64,000 bases of DNA from Diplonema japonicum (lineage: Eukaryota; Protista; Euglenozoa: Diplonemea). A model generated the notes under the pieces. It did not search any database. It was not told where the DNA came from and worked only from the letters and a program-made list of their open reading frames with translations. How positions within the stretch are numbered: position 1 is the first letter of the stretch; the number at the start of each line of letters is the position of its first letter. Positions 11,470 to 21,668 of the stretch are shown here, in pieces. The translations under genes and the position numbers were made by a program. The stretch covers positions 558,001 to 622,000 of the forward strand of contig OZ025659.1 in the NCBI GenBank assembly GCA_964019335.1, in the 5' to 3' direction.

Positions 11470-13143
11470 ATGAGCTTGCCTGGACCATGCACCATGCAAA
11501 GCACGCTGGAGATGTCGATCGGCGCCACGTTGACGATGAGGCAGGAAGACGAAGCAGAAGGGTCGTGGGGGACCCTGCACCGGGTAACAGGGGAGGAAAT
11601 GGAAAAAAAATACGAGCTGCGAGGGGACTCAATCCTGATAGGAAGGGGGAGCGACATGGCCATTGTATTGAAGGACCGCCGTGCAAGCAACCTTCACTTC
11701 AAATTAGAACGAGACGGGGAAGGCATGGGCGCGTGTATAGTAGATCTCTCAACAAATGGAACTTATGTCAACGGCCACCGGCTTGTCAAGAACCGCTCTC
11801 ACCGCCTACATCATGGTGATGAAATAGGAGTCATCCCTGACTCGAAAAAACGCCCTAGAGATGGTGTCAAGTGCCATCTTTCAGTGGTCTTCCACCAAGC
11901 AACAACTTCTATGTCGCGAAGACCAACGCTACTCCCTTCCAAGCCCTCCCCGCAAAACATTTCTTGGCAGAAAGGTTCCGTGATAGGAAAAGGCGGGTTC
12001 GGTGAAGTCTTCATGGGTATCAACTGTCAAACAGGCGAGCTTCTCGCGGTGAAAACAATGTACCTTTCAAAGGGAACGGACCCCACTTCAATACGGGAAG
12101 AAATCGATTTGTTGAAAAGGCTGCGACACGCTCACATCGTGCGGTACTTAGGATCTAACGCGAACCCTGAAAGCGGCTCGCTAGACATTCTCATGGAATA
12201 CGTTCCAGGAGGGTCCGTTGCCTCATTAATAGAAAAATTCGGACGGTTTCATGAAAATGTAATCGCGTCTTACTTATCGCAAATGTTGGAAGGGCTGCAG
12301 TACCTCCACGACTGTATGGTGATACACCGCGACATTAAGGGGGCGAACATTCTCGTCTCGGACATAGGATGCGTGAAGCTAACCGATTTTGGTTCCGCGG
12401 TCTCCCTCCGTTCCCCGAAACAAGACGAAAACCGGTTGATGATCACCGGTACGCCGAACTGGATGGCCCCAGAAGTTGTAAAAGCATCAAGCACGACATT
12501 CAAATCTGACATTTGGTCATTAGGATGCGTTGTGCTAGAAATGTGCACAGCAAAAGCACCGTGGCACGAGCACGACTTCGATAACCAAATTGCTGTTCTT
12601 TACCATATAGGCCGTTGTAAGGAAGGTCCCAAATTACCGTCGAGAATATCTGTAAAACTGCGAGAAATATTGAGTGCGATGCTGGACATGGATCCTGAGG
12701 AGCGGCCGTCGTGCCGGTCTCTGATGAGAAATCCTTTTTTGCATTCTCAGTCCTGTCGGAACGATTTGGAAGAGGGCGGGTTGGTCAAGATGGAATCGCA
12801 AACACCCTGCAAAAAGAAACCCCGGTTGCTCAACCCGTCTCAAGATGAAGACGTCCCAATGAGCAATGGAAGCAGCTCCAAATCCATGCAATACACCACG
12901 TCCCCGTCGCCCCGACGATCCCTCTCCGAACGGGTGAACTCCATCAACAAAGCGTTGGACGTGGGTCTGTTCGACTCGCACTCTACCTACCTTAAGGACA
13001 TTACCTCGGAGTTCGGGGATGCGATAAAGACGCTGCAGGACACGGTGAGCGAGCTCCCGGTGAACACGCAAGGGTTTCCGCTCAGCAACCAGCCCGAGAA
13101 ATCCTCGGGGCTGACTGGCAACTTTATGAGCTTGGAAACGTGA
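11470..13143 (+). CDS. FHA domain plus STE11/NPK1-type MAP3K kinase
   Basis: FHA motifs IGRG..ASNLHF..DLSTNGTYVNG; kinase WQKGSVIGKGGFGEV, HRDIKGANIL, DFG, GTPNWMAPEV. Confidence 0.9.
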   Translation: MSLPGPCTMQSTLEMSIGATLTMRQEDEAEGSWGTLHRVTGEEMEKKYELRGDSILIGRGSDMAIVLKDRRASNLHFKLERDGEGMGACIVDLSTNGTYVNGHRLVKNRSHRLHHGDEIGVIPDSKKRPRDGVKCHLSVVFHQATTSMSRRPTLLPSKPSPQNISWQKGSVIGKGGFGEVFMGINCQTGELLAVKTMYLSKGTDPTSIREEIDLLKRLRHAHIVRYLGSNANPESGSLDILMEYVPGGSVASLIEKFGRFHENVIASYLSQMLEGLQYLHDCMVIHRDIKGANILVSDIGCVKLTDFGSAVSLRSPKQDENRLMITGTPNWMAPEVVKASSTTFKSDIWSLGCVVLEMCTAKAPWHEHDFDNQIAVLYHIGRCKEGPKLPSRISVKLREILSAMLDMDPEERPSCRSLMRNPFLHSQSCRNDLEEGGLVKMESQTPCKKKPRLLNPSQDEDVPMSNGSSSKSMQYTTSPSPRRSLSERVNSINKALDVGLFDSHSTYLKDITSEFGDAIKTLQDTVSELPVNTQGFPLSNQPEKSSGLTGNFMSLET

Positions 13144-13507
13144 ACAAAAAAAAAAAAAAAAAAAATAAATAAAGGAGGGGAAAAAAAGAATTCCCATAGA
13201 TCCCCCGGCAACCCCTCATATCTCTGAAGTTGATCTTATCTCAAAAAAGATGAGAATAAGACATTTTTTTACACGGGGGGGGGGGGGGGGGGGGGCACTT
13301 TTTGGAGATATGAAGGGGAAGTTGGGTTCTTTTTTTTGTTGTTTATCTTATAGGCCTCATTGCCAATGTGTTTTTTTTTTCTTTTTTACGTCTTTTGCGT
13401 TCGTCTCTCTCTACCTCTGTCTCTTCCCCTCTCCCCCCTTGTGTCATTTCTTTCGTTTATTCAAAAAAGAAAATGAACCCAGGCCTCCCGTCCTGCGGAT
13501 TATAATT

Positions 13508-14758
13508 ATGAATCATCCACAGGGGAAGGGCGGAGGGGAGGAAATGAAGAAAATGAACCCCGCAACACGATTTAAAATGTTCATGTTACTAGGCTGTCTG
13601 ATGGGGCTGAGCCTGTGCATGGTAATCGCCCCGGTGTGGGAAACCACGGACGCCAATACCAACAACAGCAACCCGACACCGCCCCATTCACCACCCCCTT
13701 CAACGGTTCCGGTCTCCAGGACCCCACACGCTTCACAAAACACCGCCCAACAAAACCATCAAAACAAGCAATGCACTAAGAGGGACATTCGAATCGCAGA
13801 GACAAAGGACCAATATGTGTGCTCGTATATGAAAAGCCTAGCACGCCCTGAAGGAGGTCCCGGGTGTGTGGTGGACTGTGATGGGTTTCAAGGAAAATGC
13901 AGTGTTTTGACCGCTCCGACACAGTCCGACCTGGCGACCGCAGACGCTGTGATCTACCACCCTGGAAGAAAGCTTCCGGTGGTGAAGGGGAACGAGAAAC
14001 AGTGGAGCGTAATGTGGTACGGGGAGAGCGAGGAGAAGCACCCGGAGATGTATGAAGAGAGGAACTTAAAAAAGTACAACGCGCACGTGATTTACAAGAA
14101 GTGGTCGAGGTACCGGTTCTCGTGGACGCAGAGGTTCAGAAAAGACTTTGAAAACCTTGAATCCGTCAAAAAGAAATGGATCCCTTGGCGTGACCGTCGG
14201 GCCGCCGTTGCGATCGTCAGTAACTGCAAGTACCACACCACGAACCGGACGGCAGTCATGGAAGAGATTGACAAGCTGCTTCAAAAACTCAGCAACGGGA
14301 AAGAAAAGCTGTACATGTACGGCTCCTGCCACCCTTCACGAGGAAAAGACTCAATACGGGCGGAGCATCCAGAGTGCAAGGTGAAGTCCGACAAGGACCG
14401 TTACAAAGAGAAGCTTTGCGTGATGCGGCATTACAAGTACGCCATTTCGTTGGACAATTCGCGGGACGGTGGGTATGTTACCGAAAAAGTTTACCATGCC
14501 TTGCTGGCCGGTGCTGTTCCACTATATGCTGGTGCACCAGACATATTCGACTATGTGCCTTTGCCCTCTGCCATTCTCCCTGTGCCGACCTCCAAGTCCC
14601 TCGTTCCCTTGGTCTCTGAGATGCTTGCTGCGGACACCCCCCCACAGCAGACTGAGTGGTGGGACAAGCCCTTCTCTCCAGCGTTCATCGAGAATATGAA
14701 CCTCCCCAATTCGGCATGCACCATATGCAAAGATATTGCTTGCGGGGACGCGTCTTAA
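13508..14758 (+). CDS. Alpha-1,3/4-fucosyltransferase (GT10), type II membrane protein
   Basis: YKYAISLDNSRDGGYVTEKVYHALLAGAVPLYAG is the GT10 motif; N-terminal TM plus Pro/Thr stem; start could be 13508 or 13544. Confidence 0.85.
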   Translation: MNHPQGKGGGEEMKKMNPATRFKMFMLLGCLMGLSLCMVIAPVWETTDANTNNSNPTPPHSPPPSTVPVSRTPHASQNTAQQNHQNKQCTKRDIRIAETKDQYVCSYMKSLARPEGGPGCVVDCDGFQGKCSVLTAPTQSDLATADAVIYHPGRKLPVVKGNEKQWSVMWYGESEEKHPEMYEERNLKKYNAHVIYKKWSRYRFSWTQRFRKDFENLESVKKKWIPWRDRRAAVAIVSNCKYHTTNRTAVMEEIDKLLQKLSNGKEKLYMYGSCHPSRGKDSIRAEHPECKVKSDKDRYKEKLCVMRHYKYAISLDNSRDGGYVTEKVYHALLAGAVPLYAGAPDIFDYVPLPSAILPVPTSKSLVPLVSEMLAADTPPQQTEWWDKPFSPAFIENMNLPNSACTICKDIACGDAS

Positions 14759-14880
14759 AAGTTTTTTATACCCCCCCTCTCGTAACCAAGTTTTTTTTTC
14801 ATGTATTAGATTTCGTTTTTTTAGTCTTGTTTTTTAAAGTACACAGTTTGAACCCCTTTTTTGTTTTTGTTTTTTAAAAG

Positions 14881-15981
14881 ATGACACATATGTTGCCGCT
14901 TGCGGTGTTTGTCTCCTTTGTGGCGATGGCATCAGCAGATCTAGCTATCTTCGTGAACGTGCGGAACTCTTGCCCCACAGCAGATGTTGTGTACGTGAAG
15001 GGGAAGGCTACACCGGTGTGCAGCTCGATGTCGGCGATGGACACTGCGAGGAAGACCTGCTGGAGGATGAAGGGGCTGAAAAAATACGAGTGCTACATCC
15101 CCGCGTGCTACCAGAGCAACAGTGTGGCGAAGCCTGTGGACGAGGAAGGGACGCTAGTCGGTCCCTGTGCCTTCTCCCAGGAAGCAGTAGACGCACACGA
15201 CACAACAACACCGACAAAGAAGACTGCTGCGAGGGGAAGCGGGACGAGCCTCGTCCCCGACACGAGTGTGACGAACAGCTTCTCGGCAAGGTTCCTCACG
15301 AACCTCCCGAACAACCAAGGGCTGAGGGAGGGGTGGCCCGACATCCCGAACTCCGCCTTCCTGCACTTCCCGAAGTCCCTGGTGGGGCGCTTGGGGCAGA
15401 TCCCCAACGTCTACATCGACAACACCTTCGAGATCCGCTTCGCCTGCACCTCAGCAGGGGAGGGAGACAAGTGCGACCTCTTCGCCTTCATCTACAGGTG
15501 CCCTCCCTGCACCTTCTCGAACGGAGGGGACTTCACGTCGAAGCTCCTCGCCGACGGGTGGGAGCCGTACTCCTGCGACGTGAAGTTCCAGCTTGACCAG
15601 ACGGTGCCTACCCACGAGCATGGTGTTATGGTGTACCACAGGCAGATGGACAAGCACGGCCTGAGGGAGGCGAACAAGTGGTACACGATCAAGGCCGACT
15701 CCCTTCTGGAGCTCTCCTGGTACGCGACGAGCGAGGCGACGGCACACTGCGAGAGCTACGACGGTGACGAGTTCAAGTGCGAGACGGAGCTCCCCGACGA
15801 GTGCCAGTGGGACGCGTCACAGGCAACTTGCAACCGTGTGCTGTGCCCTATGAAGTTCCAGCAGGGTGGGCACCCCCCGGGTCCCAACGGGAAACCTCGA
15901 CCCCCCCAGGGCCCTTGGGGCGAGAAGTGCAAGGTGTGCATCGACGACGAGCGCGACATGTACATGCCCGAACTGAAGTAA
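14881..15981 (+). CDS. Secreted Cys-rich protein, unknown family, paralog 1
   Basis: Signal peptide; shared GWPDIPNSAFL, CDLFAFIYRCPPCTF, DGWEPY, CKVC.D.ERD.YMP motifs. Confidence 0.85.
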   Translation: MTHMLPLAVFVSFVAMASADLAIFVNVRNSCPTADVVYVKGKATPVCSSMSAMDTARKTCWRMKGLKKYECYIPACYQSNSVAKPVDEEGTLVGPCAFSQEAVDAHDTTTPTKKTAARGSGTSLVPDTSVTNSFSARFLTNLPNNQGLREGWPDIPNSAFLHFPKSLVGRLGQIPNVYIDNTFEIRFACTSAGEGDKCDLFAFIYRCPPCTFSNGGDFTSKLLADGWEPYSCDVKFQLDQTVPTHEHGVMVYHRQMDKHGLREANKWYTIKADSLLELSWYATSEATAHCESYDGDEFKCETELPDECQWDASQATCNRVLCPMKFQQGGHPPGPNGKPRPPQGPWGEKCKVCIDDERDMYMPELK

Positions 15982-16320
15982 GGGCAAGAAAAAGCGGAGA
16001 AAAAAAAACAAAACGAACCATAAAACAAGGAACTGCTTCTCCCTTTTTTATCCTCTCAAAAGACTGTGACAAACACTTTCTCAGATTTATCTTCTTTTTT
16101 TTTGTCGCAATTTTCTACACTTTTCCTCCACTCTGATTGGCATCAACTTCCTTTTCTATTCTGCGCTCTGTGGGTGGTTGACGGCTTGTTGCCCTCCTTT
16201 TCTGGCCGGGCACACCGTCGGCTTTTCTAACCTGCGTTTTTTTACCCTTTTCTTGCAGGGAAGGTCTGAAGGGGTCTTGCACGCGGTACGAATCCAGTTT
16301 TTTTTTTTTTTTTTTTTTTT

Positions 16321-16380
16321 TGTAATCAAGTAGACAGTGCCGTGCAGGGCGCCACCGACATTGGCCTCCTTTTTTCTTCA
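16321..16380 (+). repeat. Family B 3'-hairpin remnant
   Basis: tgtaatcaagta...gtgc.gtgcagggcgccaccgacattggcctcct directly after a long T-tract; matches 54950-55000. Confidence 0.75.
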
Positions 16381-16456
16381 TATTTTTTAATTCCTTGTGA
16401 CGCTGCTTCTGTATGTCAAGCACCCGAAAGGTTATACGAAAATCCAAACAAACAAA

Positions 16457-17518
16457 ATGAGGACGTCGCCTCCTGTTGTGCTGTTTGGCTGCTTGTTGTG
16501 GGCTGCAGCGGGATCGCCCCTGCGGCTGTTCATGAACGTGGAGGAGGTGTGCCCCGAGACGGAGAACGTGTTCGTGAACGGGGGGTCGGTGCCTGTGTGC
16601 GGGGCGACGAGCACGCTGCTGGGGGGAGGGAAGACGTGTGGAAAGTTGTTCGGGGACACTCTGGTGCAGTGCTACATCCCCGCGTGCTTCAAGGGAACGG
16701 CGCCACCAGCAGGGGTGAAGGAGTGTGCGGTGTCGATGCTTGCGCGGGCACAGCAGAACCAGAACGGGAACGGGGTCGGGTCAGCAGCAGCTGTCCCTCC
16801 AACAACAGTGAAGGACAGCTTCTCTGTTCGGGGCCTCACGAACCTCCCGAACAACCAGGGGAAGCGGGAGGGGTGGCCCGATATCCCGAACTCTGCGTTC
16901 CTGCACTTCCCGAAGTCGCTGGTGGGGCGCATCGGGCAGGTTCCCAACGTGTACCTCGACGGCACCTTCAAGATGCTGATGGACTGCGCGCAGGGGGGGA
17001 TGGGGAACAAGTGTGACCTCTTCGCCTTCATCTACAGGTGCCCTCCCTGCACCTTCTCGAACGGGAAGAACTTCGTGGGGGACCTCCTCGCCGACGGGTG
17101 GGAGCCGTACACCTGCGACGTGAGGTTCCAGCTTGACCAGACGAAGGGGACGCACCAACACCCCACCCTCGTCTACCACAAGCAGATTCCCGAGAAGACC
17201 CTGTACACGATCTCCCCGAAGGCTCTGCTGGAGCTCTCCTGGTACGCCATCGGGGAGGCGACGGCCCACTGCAGCAGCTACGACGGGAAGAGGCACGAGT
17301 GCGAGATGGAGCTCCCCGACGAGTGCAGGTGGGACGCGGAGACGGGGACCTGCCACCGTGTTCTGTGCCCCATGAAGCAGAGGCCTATTCCCTCGACGGG
17401 TGGGAACGGTGGCGGTGGTGGGATCCCGAAGCCCCCTCGAGGCCCCTGGCAGCCGGAGTGCAAGGTGTGCGTTGACGATGAGCGCGATGCCTACATGCCC
17501 AGGCTACAGGCTCGTTGA
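16457..17518 (+). CDS. Secreted Cys-rich protein, paralog 2
   Basis: Starts MRTSPPVVLFGCLLWAAAG (signal peptide); same motifs. Confidence 0.85.
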   Translation: MRTSPPVVLFGCLLWAAAGSPLRLFMNVEEVCPETENVFVNGGSVPVCGATSTLLGGGKTCGKLFGDTLVQCYIPACFKGTAPPAGVKECAVSMLARAQQNQNGNGVGSAAAVPPTTVKDSFSVRGLTNLPNNQGKREGWPDIPNSAFLHFPKSLVGRIGQVPNVYLDGTFKMLMDCAQGGMGNKCDLFAFIYRCPPCTFSNGKNFVGDLLADGWEPYTCDVRFQLDQTKGTHQHPTLVYHKQIPEKTLYTISPKALLELSWYAIGEATAHCSSYDGKRHECEMELPDECRWDAETGTCHRVLCPMKQRPIPSTGGNGGGGGIPKPPRGPWQPECKVCVDDERDAYMPRLQAR

Positions 17519-18153
17519 GAACCTTTATAGTGAAATAGATGGTTTCCTCTCTTACACCCGCGACCCTCGTGAGGTGCCGTTCCCTTCATGGATTAAATAC
17601 ACATGGCCCTTCGCCTACTAAATAAGTACTTTTTTCGAGGGACTTTTCTTTCGTTTTTTTGGGAGGCGAAGAACGTCTTTTGACTGACTTCTTGTTGTTG
17701 CCTCTTCTTTTTCCACTTCTTGAAGCGCATCATGAAATGGACGTGCTTTTGAAGCATCCTTCCATTCGGAGTGGACCCCCTTCACGGGCGGTGCAGCTCC
17801 GAGTGTCTCTTTCATCCCCCCCCCCCCCCCCCTCCTTTTTGTTCTGTTTGCAGATTATGTCTTCCGTCTTTTTAGAATATTCTTCAAATGCTGTTTTGTT
17901 GAGGTGCCCCCAATCGAGGTGGCGTGCCTTTCCCTTCACCTTTCCTTTTGGACTGACTGTGCTGCTCCTGTTTTTTGTCCAACCTAGCTTAATCTTCATT
18001 CTCTGCCTTCCTTTGCTGTACAGGACACTGCACACCTTCTCTAGTCCTGCTAGTTGTTGCGCAGAAACCTGTTCTTTTCTTATGCACACTGAAACTTTAT
18101 CGAATTTTCTATTCCTCTTTTTTTTACGTTTACTTTTCTTCCATCCGTCACGT

Positions 18154-20040
18154 CTCGTGCCGAGCGCATCACTGGAAGAAAGCATCACATCTTCCTATTC
18201 GATGCTTACACGCAGTTGAGGAGACTACCTGCCTGATTGCGGGAGGCGGGTGTGCGTCTATCTTTGCACAAGCGACACCACAACAAAAGAAAAAAAAAAA
18301 AGAAAAAAAAAAGGAAAACCACCACCACACAAACAGGTTTACAACTTCCAACACTTTTACACAACAAGATAAGATGATGCAGCGTGCTGCTCTACTCGTG
18401 CTGGCGGCCTTGGCGGCTGAGGCCTCGACAGGGGTCCCTATGGAGATCATGGTGAAGAACTGGTGCGGGAGCCCCTTGAAGAACATCGTGTACACTGTAG
18501 AAGGGAGGGGGGCGCAGGTGTGCGGGGCGATGTTCGAGCTGGACGAGGCGAGGAAGACCTGCAGGAGAGGGACGCAGTACGAGTGCTACATCCCGAAGTG
18601 CTTCTCGAACGGAGAGGCGGTACCCTTGAAGGACGGGAAGGCGGTCCCCCCGTGTGACGTGAACCCGGCGGCGATCGACCCGACGGTGCCTGTTCCTCCG
18701 AAGACCGGAAACGGGGCGGGCCTCGTCCCCGACACGACTGTGACAACCAGCTTCGTGGCGAGGGCCCTCACGAACCTCCCGAACAGCCAAGGGCTGAGGG
18801 AAGGGTGGCCCGACATCCCGAACTCCGCCTTCCTGAACTACCCGCAGTCCCTGGTGAACCGTTTGGGGCAGATCCCCAACGTCTACATCGACAACACCTT
18901 CGAGATCCGCTTCGCCTGCACCTCGGGAGGGGCGGACGACAAGTGCGACCTCTTCGCCTTCATCTACAGGTGCCCTCCCTGCACCTTCTCGAACGGAGGG
19001 GACTTCACGACGAAGCTCCTCGCCGACGGGTGGGAGCCGTACAACTGCGACGTGAAGTTCCAGCTTGACCAGACGGTGCCCACCCACGAGCACTCCACCC
19101 TCGTCTACCACAGGCAGATGGACAAGCACGACATGAGGGAGACGGACAAGTGGTACACCATCAAGGCCGACTCCCTTCTGGAGCTGTCCTGGTTCGCGAC
19201 GAGCAGGGCGACGGCGCACTGCAGCGACCACGACGGCGACGAAGCGATGTGCATGACCGACCTTCCCGACGAGTGCCAGTGGGACGCGCAGACGCAGAGC
19301 TGCAACCGTGTGCTGTGCCCGGCAAAGTCGCAGGGTCCCGACCGTGTGCACCTCCCGGGTCCCAATGGAAACCCCAGCAAGCCCAAGGGTCCTTGGGTCC
19401 AGAAGTGCAAGGTGTGCGTCGACGAGGAGCGCGACATGTACATGCCCAATCTGAAGTAGGGCTTCCTCAAGACTGGTGGCGTGAGAAAGAAACTGACATA
19501 GTATTGTGTTAACCCCTTTTTTATTTGTAGACAGTTTCTTTCTTTCTTTTTTTTTTTTTTGGATTTTATCTCCCTCTTGTTTAGAAAAAGGGGCGCAGCA
19601 CTTCTTATTATTAATTGATTGCTTCACAGGACACCCTCCCCGTGGCCAGCGAATGGTGACGACAGAAGGGTGCAAGTAGCCTGAAAGCACACTTTGCACA
19701 CCATCCCTGAAATGAGTACGAACGAAGATGCATCTATGTTCTCCTATCCGCACAGTACTTCATGAAAGCACTGTGAAGAACAAGTAGGTGTAGAAACCCT
19801 TTTTCTTCCCTTTCTTTGGCACAAAGAATCTTTTAGCAATCTATCGTGGCCAGGTTTTTTCTTAATTTTTGACTCCCCCTTTCCCACTTTGATAACATCA
19901 GCCCCCTCCCCATTATCTCTGCTTTGGTTTACTTTTTACCACCGCAGATCCTGTACCTTCTTCGATGCACTCTCTCCTTTTGAAATACGCGGAAAGGATG
20001 GATTGTTCAGAAGTTGGTGTTCCTCCCTCTAGTTCTTTCC
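18154..20040 (+). repeat. Segmental duplication, copy A (copy B at 25340-27985)
   Basis: Matches from ctcgtgccgagcgcatc with a 7186-nt offset through paralog 3; the 3' flank continues with small indels after the insert in copy B. Confidence 0.9.
18374..19459 (+). CDS. Secreted Cys-rich protein, paralog 3
   Basis: Signal peptide MMQRAALLVLAALAAEA; same motifs. Confidence 0.85.
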   Translation: MMQRAALLVLAALAAEASTGVPMEIMVKNWCGSPLKNIVYTVEGRGAQVCGAMFELDEARKTCRRGTQYECYIPKCFSNGEAVPLKDGKAVPPCDVNPAAIDPTVPVPPKTGNGAGLVPDTTVTTSFVARALTNLPNSQGLREGWPDIPNSAFLNYPQSLVNRLGQIPNVYIDNTFEIRFACTSGGADDKCDLFAFIYRCPPCTFSNGGDFTTKLLADGWEPYNCDVKFQLDQTVPTHEHSTLVYHRQMDKHDMRETDKWYTIKADSLLELSWFATSRATAHCSDHDGDEAMCMTDLPDECQWDAQTQSCNRVLCPAKSQGPDRVHLPGPNGNPSKPKGPWVQKCKVCVDEERDMYMPNLK

Positions 20041-20185
20041 TTTTTGTAACACTCTGAGATCAGACGTGTAGTACCCTTCGGTTCGATTCATTTTTCCTTT
20101 TGTTATTCTATTCCCGTGATGCCAGAATACCATTTTTTAACAACAAACCACTTAAGATAATTTACTGCGCAACTTCGAAAAGAAA

Positions 20186-21235
20186 ATGCACGCATTCTTA
20201 GCCTTGACGGCCTTCGCAGCGACAGCTGCTGCTGAGCATAAGATGTACATCAGTGTGAAAGGTGCATGCCCTGCAACAGAGAACGTCTTTGTGAGGGGGT
20301 CGCCTGTGAAGGTGTGCGGTGCGACCACTAAACTGGACGCGACCAAGAAGACATGCTACAAGCAGTTCGAGCAAAAAGAGGAGTGCTTCATCCCAGCATG
20401 CTACGAAGGGAAGATCCCCCCTTCGAACATGAAGGAGTGCCAGGCGAGTGCCAACGCTGTTGACGTGAACGACATGGGTGTGGACGTGAGGGCTGCCGCC
20501 CTTGCCCCCACGAGCTTCAGGGACAGCTTTCTCGCAGCCTTCCTCACCAACGATGTGAACTCCAACGGTCTGAGGTGGGGGTGGCCCGACATCCCGAACT
20601 CCGCGTTCCTGAACATCCCCGACTCGCTGGTGGGGCGTTTGGGACAGATCCCCAACGTGTACGTAGGTGGGGGGTTCAAGATCACCTTCGACTGCACCAT
20701 TGCTGGTGAGGGCGACATGTGTGACATCTTCGCCTTCATTTACAGGTGCCCGCCATGCACCTTCGCAAACGGGGGGACTCAGGACGGCGGAAGCTTCGTG
20801 CTTGACCTCCTCGCCGACGGGTGGGAGCCGTACAACTGCGACGTGCAGTTCCAGCTGGACCAGACGGTTCCTACCCACAAGCACGACACCATTGTGTACC
20901 ACAAGCAGATCCCGAAGCACGGGGTGAGGGAGACCGGGTACACCATCGCCCCTCAGGGTATTTTGGAGCTTGCTTGGTTCGCGACGAGCGAGGCGACGGC
21001 GCACTGCAAGGACTACAACGAGGCCCAGTGCAACACGATCCTCCCCGACGAGTGCAAGTGGGACATGGAGGCGCAGACCTGCAACCGTGTGCTGTGCCCT
21101 GTGAGGTCGCAGGGCCCCGACCGCGTGCACCTCCCGGGTCCTGGTGGACCCCACAAGCCCAAGGGTCCTTGGGTCCAGAAGTGCAAGGTGTGCGTCGACG
21201 AGGAGCGCGACATGTACATGCCCAAGCTGATTTAA
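20186..21235 (+). CDS. Secreted Cys-rich protein, paralog 4
   Basis: Signal peptide MHAFLALTAFAATAAA; same motifs. Confidence 0.85.
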   Translation: MHAFLALTAFAATAAAEHKMYISVKGACPATENVFVRGSPVKVCGATTKLDATKKTCYKQFEQKEECFIPACYEGKIPPSNMKECQASANAVDVNDMGVDVRAAALAPTSFRDSFLAAFLTNDVNSNGLRWGWPDIPNSAFLNIPDSLVGRLGQIPNVYVGGGFKITFDCTIAGEGDMCDIFAFIYRCPPCTFANGGTQDGGSFVLDLLADGWEPYNCDVQFQLDQTVPTHKHDTIVYHKQIPKHGVRETGYTIAPQGILELAWFATSEATAHCKDYNEAQCNTILPDECKWDMEAQTCNRVLCPVRSQGPDRVHLPGPGGPHKPKGPWVQKCKVCVDEERDMYMPKLI

Positions 21236-21623
21236 GTTCGTTCGGTTGGGTTGGGAAAGATTCCCCTTCTACCTTTATTTCCCTCTTCATCCTTTCCCCA
21301 CCCTTGAGTACCGGAGAATAATATATGAAACAACAGATTCAAAAAAAAAAAGAAGCTTCTGTCGAACCCCTCCAGATATCCAATTATTAAAAAAAAAAAG
21401 AGAAAAAAAAAGAAACTGGTTATAAATAACGATTAAGATATTATCAGTACTGCTTTTTTTTCTCTTTTTTTTTTTTTTTTTTCCCCCGGCATCTGGAAAT
21501 CTTTACATTAAAAGATTATTTTGGGAGGGCGGTCCACACTTTAGTGTCTTGCGGCAAAACCTGCTGGGATTCTGGGCATCTCCAGGTATTCAAGGTTCCC
21601 CTTTTCTTAGGTTTATTACTTTC

Positions 21624-21668
<45 letters not shown>

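Noticed and set aside
18392-19753. Long antisense ORFs over the Cys-rich genes, eIF3a and tubulins
   Set aside because: Shadows of strong C/G third-position codon bias, with no independent motifs
13508-21235. Functional coupling of the GT10 fucosyltransferase with the adjacent secreted proteins
   Set aside because: Adjacency only; gene order in such clusters is generally not functional
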